Assembly: GCF_009914755.1 (NCBI RefSeq)
Contig: NC_060934.1
DNA length: 64,000 nucleotides
Source: the human T2T-CHM13v2.0 reference genome, Homo sapiens
Strand: one strand, 5' to 3'
Both the position numbers and the translations under genes were made by a program. Below are positions 28,180-42,400 of the stretch, piece by piece; position 1 is the first letter of the stretch, and each line of letters starts with the position of its first letter. The notes under the pieces are model-generated. The model was not told the DNA's origin. It was given only the letters and a program-made list of their open reading frames with translations, and did not search any database.

Positions 28180-28300
28180 CAGCCCAAGGCTGCTCCATTG
28201 CACAGCTTCAGGAGGCACTGCCCATATGGTGGTCTAGATGTGTGACGCTTCCCGGGGCTGGGCAGTCCACAACCTGCCTCAGCCTATGGAGACACCCATG
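28180..28300. mobile_element. MER91-like hAT MITE
   Basis: cattgcacagcttcaggaggcactgcccata...ggggctgggcagtccacaacctg (degenerate palindrome). Confidence 0.55.
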
Positions 28301-28789
28301 GGATGCTAAGAGGGAAAGAAGAGATCCAAATCCACCCTTGGCAGAAAATGGGACCATCCCAAGAAAGTGTTCCTGGCAGGAGCTCAGTGGGCAGGAAGTA
28401 GGATGCCCAGCAAGGGCATACCCTTGGCGGGAGCATCAGGAACTAAGGCAAAAATAGACCATGAGGCCCAGGGCTGCATCCACCTCTTCCTGGCCCAGAC
28501 CTCTCTGCCCCTCTGAAGCCTGGCTGCCCTCACTCCTCGATCCTCAGTGCCTAGCATGGACTCTCCACACCCACTCTCCCTCACTTCGCCTGGTCTCCCT
28601 AACTAGAGAGCAAGCTCCCTGTGGGCAGGGGAGTAACTGATATCACTGTGGTCCTCTTGAGCCAAACACACTGTGCTAAGAAAGCCCAGGCCTGCATCAT
28701 CTGCTGGCTAGCTGCTTCTTCATCTCCAAAGCCCAATTGACACAGCCACCCATGTATCTCAGAGGATGGTTAGAGAGCCCAAACGATGC

Positions 28790-28960
28790 TCACTCAGTCT
28801 TTCAACAAACATGCATTGAGAACCTACTGCATGAGCTCTGGAGTGCAATAGTGAAATAGGCAGAAAGGATTCCTGTCCTCAAAGAGCTTATTCTCTAGTG
28901 AGAGACAAAGGCCAATCAAGTACACAAACAAATACTACATATTACATATATGTTAAATTG
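28790..28960 (-). mobile_element. L2 3' end fragment
   Basis: ttcaacaaacatgcattgagaacctact...cctgtcctcaaagagcttattctctagtg. Confidence 0.75.
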
Positions 28961-29280
28961 TAATCAACTACAAGAAATGAGTTCACTGCATTATATAATC
29001 AACCATTGAAGGCTTCAATAGTCACAGAAAGACTGATGCAAGAGACAGGCTGAATGTAGCTCTAGTGAGAGAGTAAGGAGCCAGAAAGGTAAGGAGGGGA
29101 GAATATGAGCAAACAAGCCTCCTGTGCAGGACATTTCCGTCTGCTGTGACCACCCTTCACAGAACTGAGGGCTTGCCTGTTCTGTCACGTGGGATGCTGA
29201 TGTCCATGAGGGAGGCAGGTTATCACCTTTGATTTGAAAGCCCTAGAGGCAGTGAAGTTGCAATCAGATAGACAGGACCT

Positions 29281-29376
29281 GAAAGAAAGAAAAAAGGGAG
29301 GGAGGGGGGAAAGGGGAGGAGAGGAAAAGGAAGAGGAGAAGGAAAAAAAGAAAAAGTAGAGAAAAGAAAAAAGAAA
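29281..29376 (+). repeat. GA-rich polypurine tract
   Basis: About 96 bp, almost entirely A/G. Confidence 0.9.
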
Positions 29377-30310
29377 GCCAGACCCCTGTGCTAGGAAAAA
29401 TCTAGCTAGAGGAACGCAGAGCCTAGCCTGTGATCTTAAGGTGACTTCTAGGCCAGACTGTGAAGGGCACCATGTCATAAAGCCATTGCCACCTCCATTT
29501 GATGTGCACCATCACCTCTCCTGGCTCTTGGCCTTATAGATTCACCGGTTTTTAAAAAAACTCTTACATTGCAGCTGCTTCTCAGAGGCTGAGACTCAGT
29601 GACTGTGTCAGTTTTCATCTTAATTCATGTCTGTACTGCCACACTGTTGGCAGGACATGTTTCACACCAAATAACTACACTTTAATCAAGCTCTCTGTTG
29701 GTTGCATTTTTTGATGATGGAAAGTCCGTCTCCGAAGCAGTTGTCTTCACTAATGTTGACTGAGCAGTGCTCAGCAGATGTAATGCTGAGCGAATAGGGG
29801 ATCCCAAGGGACTCCAGGGTGCCAGTGCGATGATCCAACAGGGTTCCAGACATGGCAATTTAGTTGGACTTCATCCTCAGTCATAGAATCCAGTGGCAGA
29901 ACTCTATGTCACAGCATCACAGTTGTGTGGACACACAGAGCTGCCAGAGACTATAAAGGCCATAGCCTTTTCCACCAGCGCCTGCATTTGCCCCTAGGGA
30001 AAGCCAACTCGAGGTCAAGGTTAGTTCCCAAGTTTCCAGACTTGAGAGAGGACAGTGGTCAGAGAGTCCAGAAGTTTCTGAAAGGCTGCTCCAAAAGGGC
30101 AGGGAGGCACAGCAGGGCCACTTGGCCACTCGCCGAGTTCTACATTCACAGGGACCACGAATTTTGACCTTGAAGCTATTCCTGATTAGGTTATGTACAC
30201 ATTCCTGGAGATGTATTCATGGAAGGAAAAAATATGGCATTGATCATCTGATTTAAACTTTTATCCTGTTACCAGATCTCATTCTGGTAGTACACTAGGA
30301 ATTAATATGA

Positions 30311-31240
<930 letters not shown>

Positions 31241-33357
31241 TTTCTTGCACTACTTGTGATTAGTACAGAGTCTTAACCCAACCTGGTCTCTGCATGCTTC
31301 ATCTTACTCTTCTGTGTGAGAAAAGAGGCTTATAATGAAAGCAGAGAACAGTAAATTCTGCAGACAAGTCACACACTTCACAATCCCCACCACCCTCCCC
31401 GACCACTTCGCCCCAAGCACCTTAAGGTTGAATGGTTTGAGTCCCAAATCTGCACTTGCATAAGGTTTCTTTTGCTCTAGCCATGTACTTTGCTGACTGT
31501 TGTAGGACCCGCCTGCCCATCCTGTGTTCTCTCCACCCAATACCTTCAAAGGCCACAATAGGAACCCCGCTACTCCTTGGTTTATCAATATTAGACAACT
31601 TAGGATGCAGTTAGAGATCCACACGCCATCCAAGTCCCCACATTACAGAAATTAGAAGCCTCTCCTTCCAGTTTATTGGAGAAGGAGGATTTCTGGTCAA
31701 GACGTCCACCTTCAAGATGAGGTGAAGAGCAGACACCACTCTGGACAGTTTGCCTGGCCACCTAAGGAAAACACAGCGTTTAGAGGGCAGCGCCAGAACT
31801 GTGTCTCCTCAAGAAATTTGTCTTGAGAAGGGTCCCTGAATATAACGGTTGCCAGAGGGGACTCCTTGGGGCCTAGAGCAAGCTTACTGGGGGTCCTGGA
31901 AGAGTTCTCAGAGGTGTGTGAACTCACTGGCAGCTGACTGAGAAACTGGGAGTGGCACAAAGACCTTTAGAAACCAATAAGGACTTCAGAGGTATCACCC
32001 ACAAGCCCAGAAGTGTGGCCAAACTGAATACCCCAGCTCTCTGCTGCCTCAGCAAGGAGCCAGGGATTCAGTGATGGTGTCTTCTTCCAAACCTGTATGG
32101 CATGGTAATTAAAATCAAGGTCATTTAGAACCCAGAAACCAAAGCCATTCTGACTCTAGAGGGAATTTTAATTTGTTAATGGATCTTCCGGCTGATGGCT
32201 GGGGGAAAAGATAGCAATTCACAATGGGTTTGAGGCCAAAAATGGCACCACAGTGGCCGGGAAGCCGCTGATAGCTCCTCGGTCAGTCTTCAACTGCAGC
32301 AAGGAACAGGCTGGGCTACCCAGGGATACAGATTTTTTTTTTTAACTTTTTAATCAGCTAATAGCAGATGAAGACCTAACAATGCTGCCAAGATTCTGCT
32401 CCTTCTGTCAGCAGTGGTGAGAAGGAGGCCAGGGTCGGATGCGTCCGGCTGCCTTTGCTCTCTGAGGTTCTTTTGGAGGGATGTAGGAATTTGGGGCTGA
32501 GGAGGAAACCCCAGGGCCATCTTCTCCACTGGTCACCAACTGCAAGGATCCAGGAAAGGGAAACAGGTGGAATTCTCAGTTCCCTATGCCAATCCTGGGG
32601 GAGGGCCTGAGACATGTACTGTATTAATTTACCCCACAAATGATTATGGGCTGCTTAAACGGTGCCACAGATGTAATGGAGACTCAGCAAACTGAGGAGG
32701 TGAGGCCCGGAAACGTGTCACTAAAGCTGCTTACTGTGTGCCGCAAAGGGAAGACTCCGGGTGGCCTCAGACAGAGGGAGGGTAGGGCAGCAGAAGAGCT
32801 TCATCCAGAAATGTAAACCAAAGGCCCGGCACCCTACCTTGAACACCCAGTGCTGCCGGAAGATCCTGTCCCCACATGAGGGCTCTGGGCAGGGGATCTC
32901 CTCCTAACCAGCGCCAGCGACCACAAAGGGTGCTCTTCAGTGGAGAAGAAAAAGAAGAATCTAATTCCTGACTTTTATTTTTAGCTGCAAGTCAGACAGA
33001 AGAGCAGAAAGAAGGCACTTGACCATAATCCTGATCATACTGAACGAGTAATTTAATCATTTTTAAAGCCTGTGTGCAGGCTCCGCCATCTTACTGGGGT
33101 CTAACTTGGGAAACTCTCACCTCATTTCAAGCAACCAGGGTTTCTCTACAAGAGCCATCAAAAACTACTTCTTTAGAAGCACAATTTCTAGGCATTTGTT
33201 TTGTCCAAAAACTTGGATTCTCTTACTTTGTTCCTTGAGCTAAATCAAGCACAACTATGCCAGCTGAGGCAGTGAGGAGAAAACCGGGGTGGGGAATGAA
33301 GCAGGCAAGAGGGCCTCCTGCCCTCAGAGAGGCAGCCCGGCTCATCCAATGGATAGA

Positions 33358-34893
33358 CGCACACCATACACACACCACACAACACACATGTAACACAACA
33401 CACACTACACACTGCACACCACATACATAACACAACTCATACTACACACACAACACATATACAACACACAATACACACCAGACATGTTACATAACTCACA
33501 CTACACACCACACACATAACAACTCACACTACACACACACCACACACAACACACAATACACACCACACATGCAACACACACTACACAACACACATTACAC
33601 ACATAACACAACTCACACTACACACACAACGCACATACAACACACAATACACACCACACATGTAACACAACACACACTACACAGTGCACACCACACACAA
33701 CTCACACTACACACACAACACAACACATGTAACACAACACACACTACTTACCACACACACCACATAACACACATCACACATACACACACCAAGCACCACA
33801 CACAATGCAACTCACACTACACACACACCATGCACCACACACGTAACACAATACATGCTACACACACACTTCACACCATACACCACACACCATACACATA
33901 CACACAGCACACACTACACACACACCATACACTGCACACACTCCATACCAAATACCACAGGTCACACACACACACCACACACACTATACATATACATACA
34001 TAATACACACCCAACACATATAGACACATCACACACTACACACACACACCACACACACTATACACACATACACATTATATACACATATCACACATACACA
34101 CATAACACACATACACGCATTGTCCACACACCATCCACGTACATACCACACATATACACACACCCAACAAATATACACGCAGCACACACATACTATACAC
34201 ACATTATACACAACGCATGTACACACTATACACACATCACACATATATACACACACATAAACATACAAGTGGTATACACACACTATACACACACCATATA
34301 TATATACACACCACATACACCATACATACACCACACACTACACATCACACACACATAATGCCACATACACACACCACACACACATACACCACACACCACA
34401 CACATGACACATATTCACATACATGTACCACATACACACATGCACCATACACATACCACACACACACACCACATAAATACCCACACACCACGCATTCTGC
34501 ACACACTACATACCACACATATCACACATATATATTCACTGCCCACATACACACCACACAAATACACCACACACACACACACTACACACACACTATACAT
34601 ACATCACATAGACACAGACACATACACATAGCACACCTAGGCACACTATGCACATGTCACACACACATCACACACACACAGAGAGCGTACATACTAAACA
34701 CACATCACATATACACATACACACACCACACACACATACTACACACACACTATACAAACATCACAGACACAGACACATACACATAGCACACCTAGGCACA
34801 CTATGCACGTCACACACACATCACACACACACAGAGAGCATACATACTAAACACACATCACACATACACATACACACACCACACACACATACT
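33358..34893 (+). repeat. ~1.5-kb degenerate CA-rich tandem tract with higher-order duplications
   Basis: CA/CAC/CAT units; two adjacent ~155-bp near-copies at ~34584-34740 and 34741-34893. Confidence 0.97.
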
Positions 34894-36581
34894 GTTTATT
34901 TCCTTGCTTTAATAAAAAAATAAAAAGAGAGAGAACTTTAAAAGGAAGCAGAGGAAAATAGGCATTTGGAAAATTAGCCCCATCCTACCATGATAGCTCC
35001 TATAAAACATCTTCTAGAGTCTGATTTTCCCACATCTAAAAATTATTTCTTTTTATTCTGTTGTTGTTTGGCACTACAATATAAATATCTGTGCGTGCAG
35101 AAGCAGCTTTTAGTCTTTCATCTGTGACATCTGTGGAGAGCGCTGGAGCTTGTGTTTATTCATAGGCATCAGTCCGTTCCACCCTTCAAACAACAAAGGA
35201 GGCAGGTGGAACCCAGAGATCAGAGGAGTGAAGACATTAGCTCAAGGGCTCAGGATGGGCTCCAGGTGCACTTACTCTATGCTGTCTGACATTCATGGTG
35301 GGCTCGTACTAGGATTGGGCAGGGTGAGTTTGGCAAACCAAAACCCAAATGTGCACTTCCCAGCGGGGCCACCCACCAGGGTGCTGTACCCTAACCCTCC
35401 ACGGCTGTGGCCTGCCCTGGGTCACCTCATGGCCTGGTGCTGCCCTTCACACGAGGAAAACCCTTCTGTCAGTTCCTAGTCTCCATCTTTCTCCTCCCTG
35501 ATTCCAAAGTGCAGGTGCCTGCTGACTGAGTTCTTTTTAGATGAAGTCTGTTTTCACCATAGGCCCTCAACCAAAGGCCAGTTGACTTCAACTGGCCAAC
35601 TTTCATCTCAACCCAGAATTACAGCTATCCCCAGGAGGCAGGCATTGGAGGAGTTGCTGGACCGCAGAACTGAACACTCACATCCTCTGAGAAACGGAGC
35701 AGTGAAGGCTCTTGCAATTATCTCCTGAGGGGGGCTGATGAACTGGGGGCCCCAGCCTGGAGCAGTGGAGGCCAAGAAGAGCTTTAGCCCTGTCTTCAAG
35801 GGCCTGAAGAGAGTGGCCCAGTGGTCAGATGTATTCTGTCCATCCCCAGGGGGAGACCAGAACCACCAGACAGAAGATTTAGAGAGAAATCTCTCTCTTG
35901 CTTTTCAGTAGAGCCTGACTTTCACAAGATAGGAGGGGCCTCCGTGGATGGAAACAGGCTCCCTGGCACAGGAGGCATTTAAGAAGAGGTGGATGGTCTC
36001 TCAGTGGGACACTGGAGCAGGGGGACAGACATCGGGGGAAGGGTGGGCCAGTGCGACCTTTCCAATTGCCTCCCACCTTGAGAATCCCTGACTCGACAGA
36101 GTGAATACACAGCCATCTGAGACCTCCTGGTCACCTGCCTGCAGGGCTCTCTTCTGGGCCTAAAAATAAGATTCCCAGAGTCCTGATCCAAATTAGATCC
36201 TTAATAACGTGTCACCATGGCTATAAATAAGTCTCTTTGAGGGCCAGTTAATATAATTATTTTAATCAGCTACACTCCCTAGAAGGACTGCCAGCTAGCT
36301 CCCCGCTCAGCCTCGCTGCGTTCTGAACAGGTGCGCTCCTCCTCCGCCTCACCCAGGGCCGGTCCTTAGAGCAGTCACAATGATGAAGGGTGGGTGGGCA
36401 GTCTCTCTGCTTCCCTCTCTCTAATGTCCCTGAGACACTCCTTCCATTCTGGGGCCTACATTCTCCCTTGATCATTCACCAAGACTTCCAACAGGAAGAC
36501 AGGGGTGAAAACGCAAAGTCTACAAGAGCCAGACACACAGCAAAGACATGTAAATCACACACGGCATGATGTGAGAGAGAG

Positions 36582-36966
36582 TGTTACGGACTGAATTGGT
36601 TCCCTGCAAATCCACATGTTCATATCCTAATCCCCAGGACCTCAGAATGTGGCTGTACTTGGTGACAGGGTCTTTGAACAGGTGATTATGGTTAAATGAG
36701 GTCATTAGGGTGGGCCTTCATCCAACAGGACTGATGTCTTTATAAGAACAGGAGATTAGGACATGGACAGAAAAAAGACCATGTGAAGATACAGGGAAAA
36801 CAAGGCGGCCATCTACAAGAGCCAAGGAGAGAGGCCTCGGAGGAAACCAATCCTGCTGGCACCTTGACCTCAGACTTACAGCCTCTAGCAGGGTGAGAAG
36901 GTAACTGTCGGTTGTGTGAGCCACCCAGGCGATGGTCCTTTGTTACAGCACCTCAGGAAACTCACA
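36582..36966 (+). mobile_element. MLT1A0-like MaLR solo LTR
   Basis: tgttacggactgaatt...gttaaatgaggtcattagggtgggcc...ggcggccatctacaagagccaaggagagaggcctcggaggaaaccaatcctgc. Confidence 0.9.
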
Positions 36967-37419
36967 TGGGGCGCGGTAGGGTGTGCCCTGTCTGGAGGTT
37001 CCACATTCTTTTTTTTTTCTCTCTCTCCCAAAGACTGGACAGCCAAACAACACAGAGCCCTGGACTTCTCTGTCATTGTATATGACTCCCTGAGAGAATG
37101 TAAGGAAAGAAAAGCAATAGGGTGTCAGAGAAAGGACATTGGCCTGGCCGGGAGAGCTGGTGGGTTTAGCCAGGCTACCTGAGCAAGCTGCTCAGTCTTG
37201 GGAACTATTCAATTATGTTGGCCCCCATCCTATCATCAGTTAACTGAAACACCTGGCCCACAATGACCTTTAAAGAGCCTTCCAGGACTAACAATTTTGC
37301 CCCTGGGTAGCAAGGGGCAGCCTCAGATCATGAGCCTAGAAGGGAGAAGCCCTGGAGGACAGAGTGGGACAACTGCAGAAGGAGCACACAGAGGTGTGGG
37401 TGATGTCAGGAGGCTGCTT

Positions 37420-37570
37420 GACTCTTTCCTGGAGCTAGGAGCTTTCGTTCCTGTCCCAGCTGCTCTATTTGCTAAGTGCCTCAACTTGTCCCCCTCCCGG
37501 GCATCTGTAAATGAGATAATAGGAGTGCACGTGTTGTGTACCAGTGAAAGTCTACACTATGCCAAGCATG
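37420..37570 (+). mobile_element. MIR SINE
   Basis: tcccagctgctctatttgctaag...catctgtaaatgagataataggag. Confidence 0.55.
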
Positions 37571-37869
37571 CTCACCATTACGAAAGAGGACAAGGACAGG
37601 TGGGTGCCCAGTGGCTTCTCAAGACTGACATCTACATTTATCAGATTCCCCAAGGGGCAACTCCCTGGGCAAGGCAAGGTGGGTCTTCAGAGTTGGGGCC
37701 GGAGTGCCTGTCTTCTCCCCACCACAAACCTAGGTGCCACATTACTATACAGTCCTAAAGATGCTTTAGGATTGTGGTTTCGTGCTGAAGGAGGCAGGGG
37801 AGAAATCGTAACTTGCATCTCCCAAAGGCTAGAAGTGAAATTAAGATCCTTACACACGCTTAGTGGTCT

Positions 37870-37960
37870 GCATTTTACATAGAGCTTTCACCAATACAAT
37901 CTCCCAGGTATTATTATTCCCATTTTACAGATGAAGAAACCAAGGCAAGGGGAGATTAAT
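37870..37960 (-). mobile_element. MIR SINE core
   Basis: aggtattattattcccattttacagatgaagaaaccaaggc. Confidence 0.8.
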
Positions 37961-39214
37961 GATGAAAATAAGGCAGTGTAAAAAAAAGCACAAGGCTTGG
38001 GTTCTTACTTTGACCTTTAACAAAGTCACTTAATATCTTGTTATCACATGGCCTGCAAACAAAGTCCTGTAGCCAGTACAAGCAGGGTCAAAACATGACC
38101 TGAGGACTTCCACCCAGAACACGCCATATGCACATTTCACAGATTCAAATAATCTCAGAACTGGAAGGGCCCTTGGCAATCACAGATCTGATTCCTTTGG
38201 ATTTATGCCAAGGAAACTGAGGTCTAAAGATCTCCTTGCTCAGGGTCTCACAGTGAGGCTCTGGCTGGACTAAAACCAGAGTCCAGGGTTCTTTTTCATA
38301 GACCATCCTGCCCTGTCAATTTGACTTCAAAATCTTCCTCTTCAACACAAACCACAACCACAAAGAGAAGGGTCTTCTGGGTTATCTGTATTGGGTTGCA
38401 GAAAGAAGTTCCACCCGTACCCCCAAACCTGGATACTTCCTCCAGGCCGCACGGTGCTGGCCTCCTCCAGCGACTTTGAGCAGGAGAGCAAATGAGTCAA
38501 GCTCCTCTCACAGGATGAGGCTGCTGGGAGCAGCTCAGAGGACTGGAATTAGAAATTCTAATTATTAGAACTCTCGGAATGCACCAAAGGACAATTTATA
38601 ATTAGCACATGTCAAAAGGCCATCCGCAAAGGGGACACATTATAAATCAGAAAACAAAGATGGCCCCAGAAAGGGACTGGGGAGCTGAGCTGTTTGGCCT
38701 CCCACCCCTCCTGATGGCCCTAAATCCAATCCACCTCCCACTCCTGTGAGCCCTCCTCCCTCCTATGCCAGCCTCTCTCCTGCTGCTCTGCCCTTTGCAA
38801 GCCCAGCATTGGTGCTTCCCGCTCCCTAAGCCCTCTTCCCTCTGCTGCTCGGTCAGGGCCACTGTCCGAAGGCCTTAGCACAGGGATCCCTCTCTTCAGG
38901 GTCCATGCAGCTCTAACCCCAGGTCCTGAGCGGGTCAGAGGCTTTTGGCTCCTGCTGTCACAGGCTGCAAATAAGGATTTAATGACTAGCCTTTTTATGA
39001 GGAAGAAAATGTCTCCAGTGGACTGATAATGTCATCGTCTGCTGCTCAGGTGCATGTGCCCAGGTAAGCCTCACAGCCAGAACCCTGCTCTTATGATGAA
39101 AGCTCAGGGCACAATCCCAGTGCAGACTTGGAAAGGCCAGCATGCAAAAGAGGTCGGGGCACCTCCTTGTTTCTTCCATGAATGAATGAATGAATGGATT
39201 TTCTACTGACTTAT

Positions 39215-39350
39215 ATGCCATAAATATTTTCTTGAGTACTTCCTATGTGTTAGTCACAGCACTTGAGATTGGAGAGGAAAAGCAGTCAAAAACACAGAAA
39301 TAAATAAGACACGACCCTACCCTCCCAGAATTCATAGTAGCACATACTTG
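39215..39350 (-). mobile_element. L2 3' end fragment
   Basis: aaatattttcttgagtacttcctatgtgttag...ataagacacgaccctaccctcc. Confidence 0.55.
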
Positions 39351-41129
39351 ACAGGTGAAAACATTTTTAGAAAAACAAAAACGAAAACCAGCAAGAGAAC
39401 TGGCATCTGAAGGCAGGACACCTGGATTCCAGGAAAAGCTCTTAGCTGCATGACTTGCCTCCTGCCGGTCATTTGTCTTCCTTGGGCCTCCATCATCTGT
39501 GCCATGGAGATAATACCAACTTCGTGGATCCCACAGGGGTTGCCATGGAAAACATGATAAAACACAGGAACAGACCCTCTGAGAAATGTCTGCAGTGTAA
39601 CTCCTTATCATAACACGAAACACTGAAGATTCTGTTGGCTGATAGGAATAAGAATTCTATTTTCCCACACTTGCCAGTCTGACTCAAGATGGCACCTAGT
39701 TCCTTGGACAAAGATCCCAAGGGTAGAGAAAGGCAATTTATCAGGCCACCATATGTCTGTGCTTACCAAGGAACCTTCTAGATGGTGACATTTTCTCATA
39801 TGCTGTGGCTCACAGGGGAAAGACTGCCTCTATGTCTAGGGATGACAAGGTTTTATTCCAGGAGCAAATGAACCCCATCTGTGTGGTAGTGGCTGCCTGG
39901 AGCACTGTGTTAAAAAAGATCCTGAAGTTGCATCTTGGCTTGGCTAGAAAGAACATCCTGATAGATTATGGATGTCTGTTATGAATATGGAGTTGGGGAG
40001 TGGCACTTTGTTACTTGTGACCTAGGAAGATAACATGCCCACTCAACCACACTCCTTGTTGCACACCTTTCTTTAGAGCTGTGTCCTCTGGCCATTCAAA
40101 GGTGAGCTGAGTATTGGTCAATGCCCTGAACACGATTCCTTCTGTGTGAATTGTTAATATTAAGTTCTTAGAGCCAGCAAAGCCTAAGACATATGCCCAG
40201 CAAGAAACTGCTATTTTTAGGAAATTAGCTGGTCCTTCAGACCCGGTTAAATGTGCTAGGTGGTCTCAGTCATGTTCTTTATAAACTGAGAAGAATGCCT
40301 CACAAATTTGGGTGTCATTAGGGTCTGTGGATCCCGGGCACTGCCACACAAAATCACCCGGTTCAAATACCCTGCAGGTACATGATACCCTCTGCCGTTA
40401 ATTCTATGCCATTTTGTTGAAGTCTATTCCACTTCCTTCCTTTACCACTTCTCAGGACAATGCATTCTCTGAGTTTATTATGAGCTTTATGCTCTATGAA
40501 TTCTTGCCATTTTTCTAATATTTACCCTGCTTGCGTTTTAAAGGGGACCTCTCTCTTAGCATGTCAGGATGTGGCAAAGAGTCTGTACTGGCTTAGTTGC
40601 TCTGCTCACACTTTTATAAAAGTCTATTATGTCTGTGTTAATTCCCAACAGAGCTGAGCTGCAGTCAACCCCTGAACTACTTATTAAAAAGAAGCACTGA
40701 GCAGATGAACGCTCTGCTCATGACTGAGAGGGGAAGAGAACAGACTGTGTCCAAGTCCATCAACACATCATCTGTGCACCAGGAATGCTCCAAACACAAA
40801 CAGCCCTAGTGAGTCACAAGGATAGATGAATGCTACGGTGATTCTTACATTTGCAGTCAGGACCACAGAGTGCTGGAGACAAGAGGCAGCTTAGAAACCA
40901 TCTAGTGACTAAAGATGCAGAAATTCAGGCCCAGAACAATTAACCGGCCCACAGTGTTACTCCAAGCCAGGTATACTTACTATAAAAAAGAGTATCACAA
41001 AACTCTACATGTGAGGTATTTCATTTATGTCTCTTTTTGCTATTTCAGATGGTTTCCTCTCAGAACTAAAAGCACATTGTATTGCACATTGTAGATACTC
41101 AAAGTCTGTTAAATAAATAAACCAATGAG

Positions 41130-41540
41130 GTAATGTACATAACCCTGCAGAAGGATTTCAGTACAATGCTATTTATAATAGCAAAAAAGAGGAAAAAGTA
41201 AAGAGCAAATATAAGGAAAAGGAGTGAGCATCCATATAAGATATAGTCATTTAAAATATGTTTATAGAGTCCCAGTGTCACTTGGAAATGCTGATAACGT
41301 AATGTTAAGAAGAAAAGCAGAACACTAAATCGCACATATTCTAGGATCTCGGCATTATAAAGAAAAATGCACAGTAATATATTTGGGGGAAAATAAAACG
41401 AATCATGAACAGTAGTAGATGTTTCTGTTGTGATTATGGGAGGTTTTATTTCTGCTTCTTTGCACTCTGCTGTTTTTTGCAGATAATTTACAATGTGCCC
41501 ATAGGATTTTCATAAGCAATGCGAGGGTATTAAGAAATAG
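41130..41540 (+). mobile_element. L1ME4-like 3' fragment
   Basis: caatgctatttataatagcaaaaaa...ggaaatgctgataacgtaatgttaagaagaaaagcag...gattatgggaggttttatttctgcttc. Confidence 0.65.
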
Positions 41541-41899
41541 AAAAGAATATCCACAGATATTATTCAGCCTTGCTGGGATTTGGAAAGAGACAGAGATCAT
41601 TTCTCTCTTTTCACATAAAGAAGCTGATGAAACAAAGAGACAGAGACACTAGTGATGAAGGCAGGCATTAGCTCTCTGGTGTGGAGGGCCATCCAATGCC
41701 AGGCAAACAACAGATGCGGGATAAAATCCACTCAAACCACAGTGGGAGGGGGCAGGAGGTGTCCAGTCTTCCTCTTCACAAAGGTTCCATCCTTACCTTA
41801 TCCAAAAGATGAGCAATACAAGGCTAGGCTCAGCCTTTACCAGCAGAGCCTCCCCAAAGACTCTCTGGCCCCTGCAGCCAATGACAATAAATTAACTAT

Positions 41900-42070
41900 C
41901 ACAGTGAGGTTTTTCCCCTTCGTCAGGCAATGTGCTATACACATTGTCTCATTAAATCCTCCCCATGTCTCTGAGGCAGGTCTTACTGTGCCCATCTGAG
42001 GGATATAGAGACCAGGACTCACACAGGTAAACCCAGGTGGCCAAGGTGTCACAGTTTGTAACCGGACCCC
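41900..42070 (-). mobile_element. MIR SINE
   Basis: tcaggcaatgtgctatacacattgtctcattaaatcctccc...tgaggcagg...ccaaggtgtcacag. Confidence 0.65.
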
Positions 42071-42219
42071 AGAAGCCTAAGCCCTCGCCCCTGTGCCCCG
42101 GCTGGTCATTCGTTCCTCCAGATCTTTGCAGCACTAAGAAGATGCTGCCTGGTGACATTTCCTGAATTGTTTCCCACGGGTCTTGTCTTTCAGGCTAGGA
42201 CAAGTTGTTTAACCTTTCA

Positions 42220-42400
42220 CGTGCGTCTGTCTCTCTTGCTTCCCTCAATTGGACTGTTAGCTCCTGAGGGGGATGAGGGGGTCCTGCTTTATAATTCCTT
42301 GTGTGTCCCACGGAGCCAAGCCTGGTGATGTCTTCAGTACTTGACACTTCAGATCTCAGAAAATACCTGCTCATCGATTATTGGATTGAATAGGTTAAGG
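42220..42400 (+). mobile_element. L2 3' end fragment
   Basis: tggactgttagctcctgagggg...ccttgtgtgtccca...gcctgg...ttattggattgaat. Confidence 0.55.

Noticed and set aside
29520-29930. Possible RTE-type reverse-transcriptase relic or pseudogene (minus-strand LFG-CET-like and VNIS motifs)
   Set aside because: Requires a frameshift and the motif spacing is far too short for RTE ORF2.
33569-34923. His/Thr-rich and Val/Cys-rich ORFs
   Set aside because: Translations of the CA/TG low-complexity tract, which rarely contains stops. The same applies at 24286-24884.
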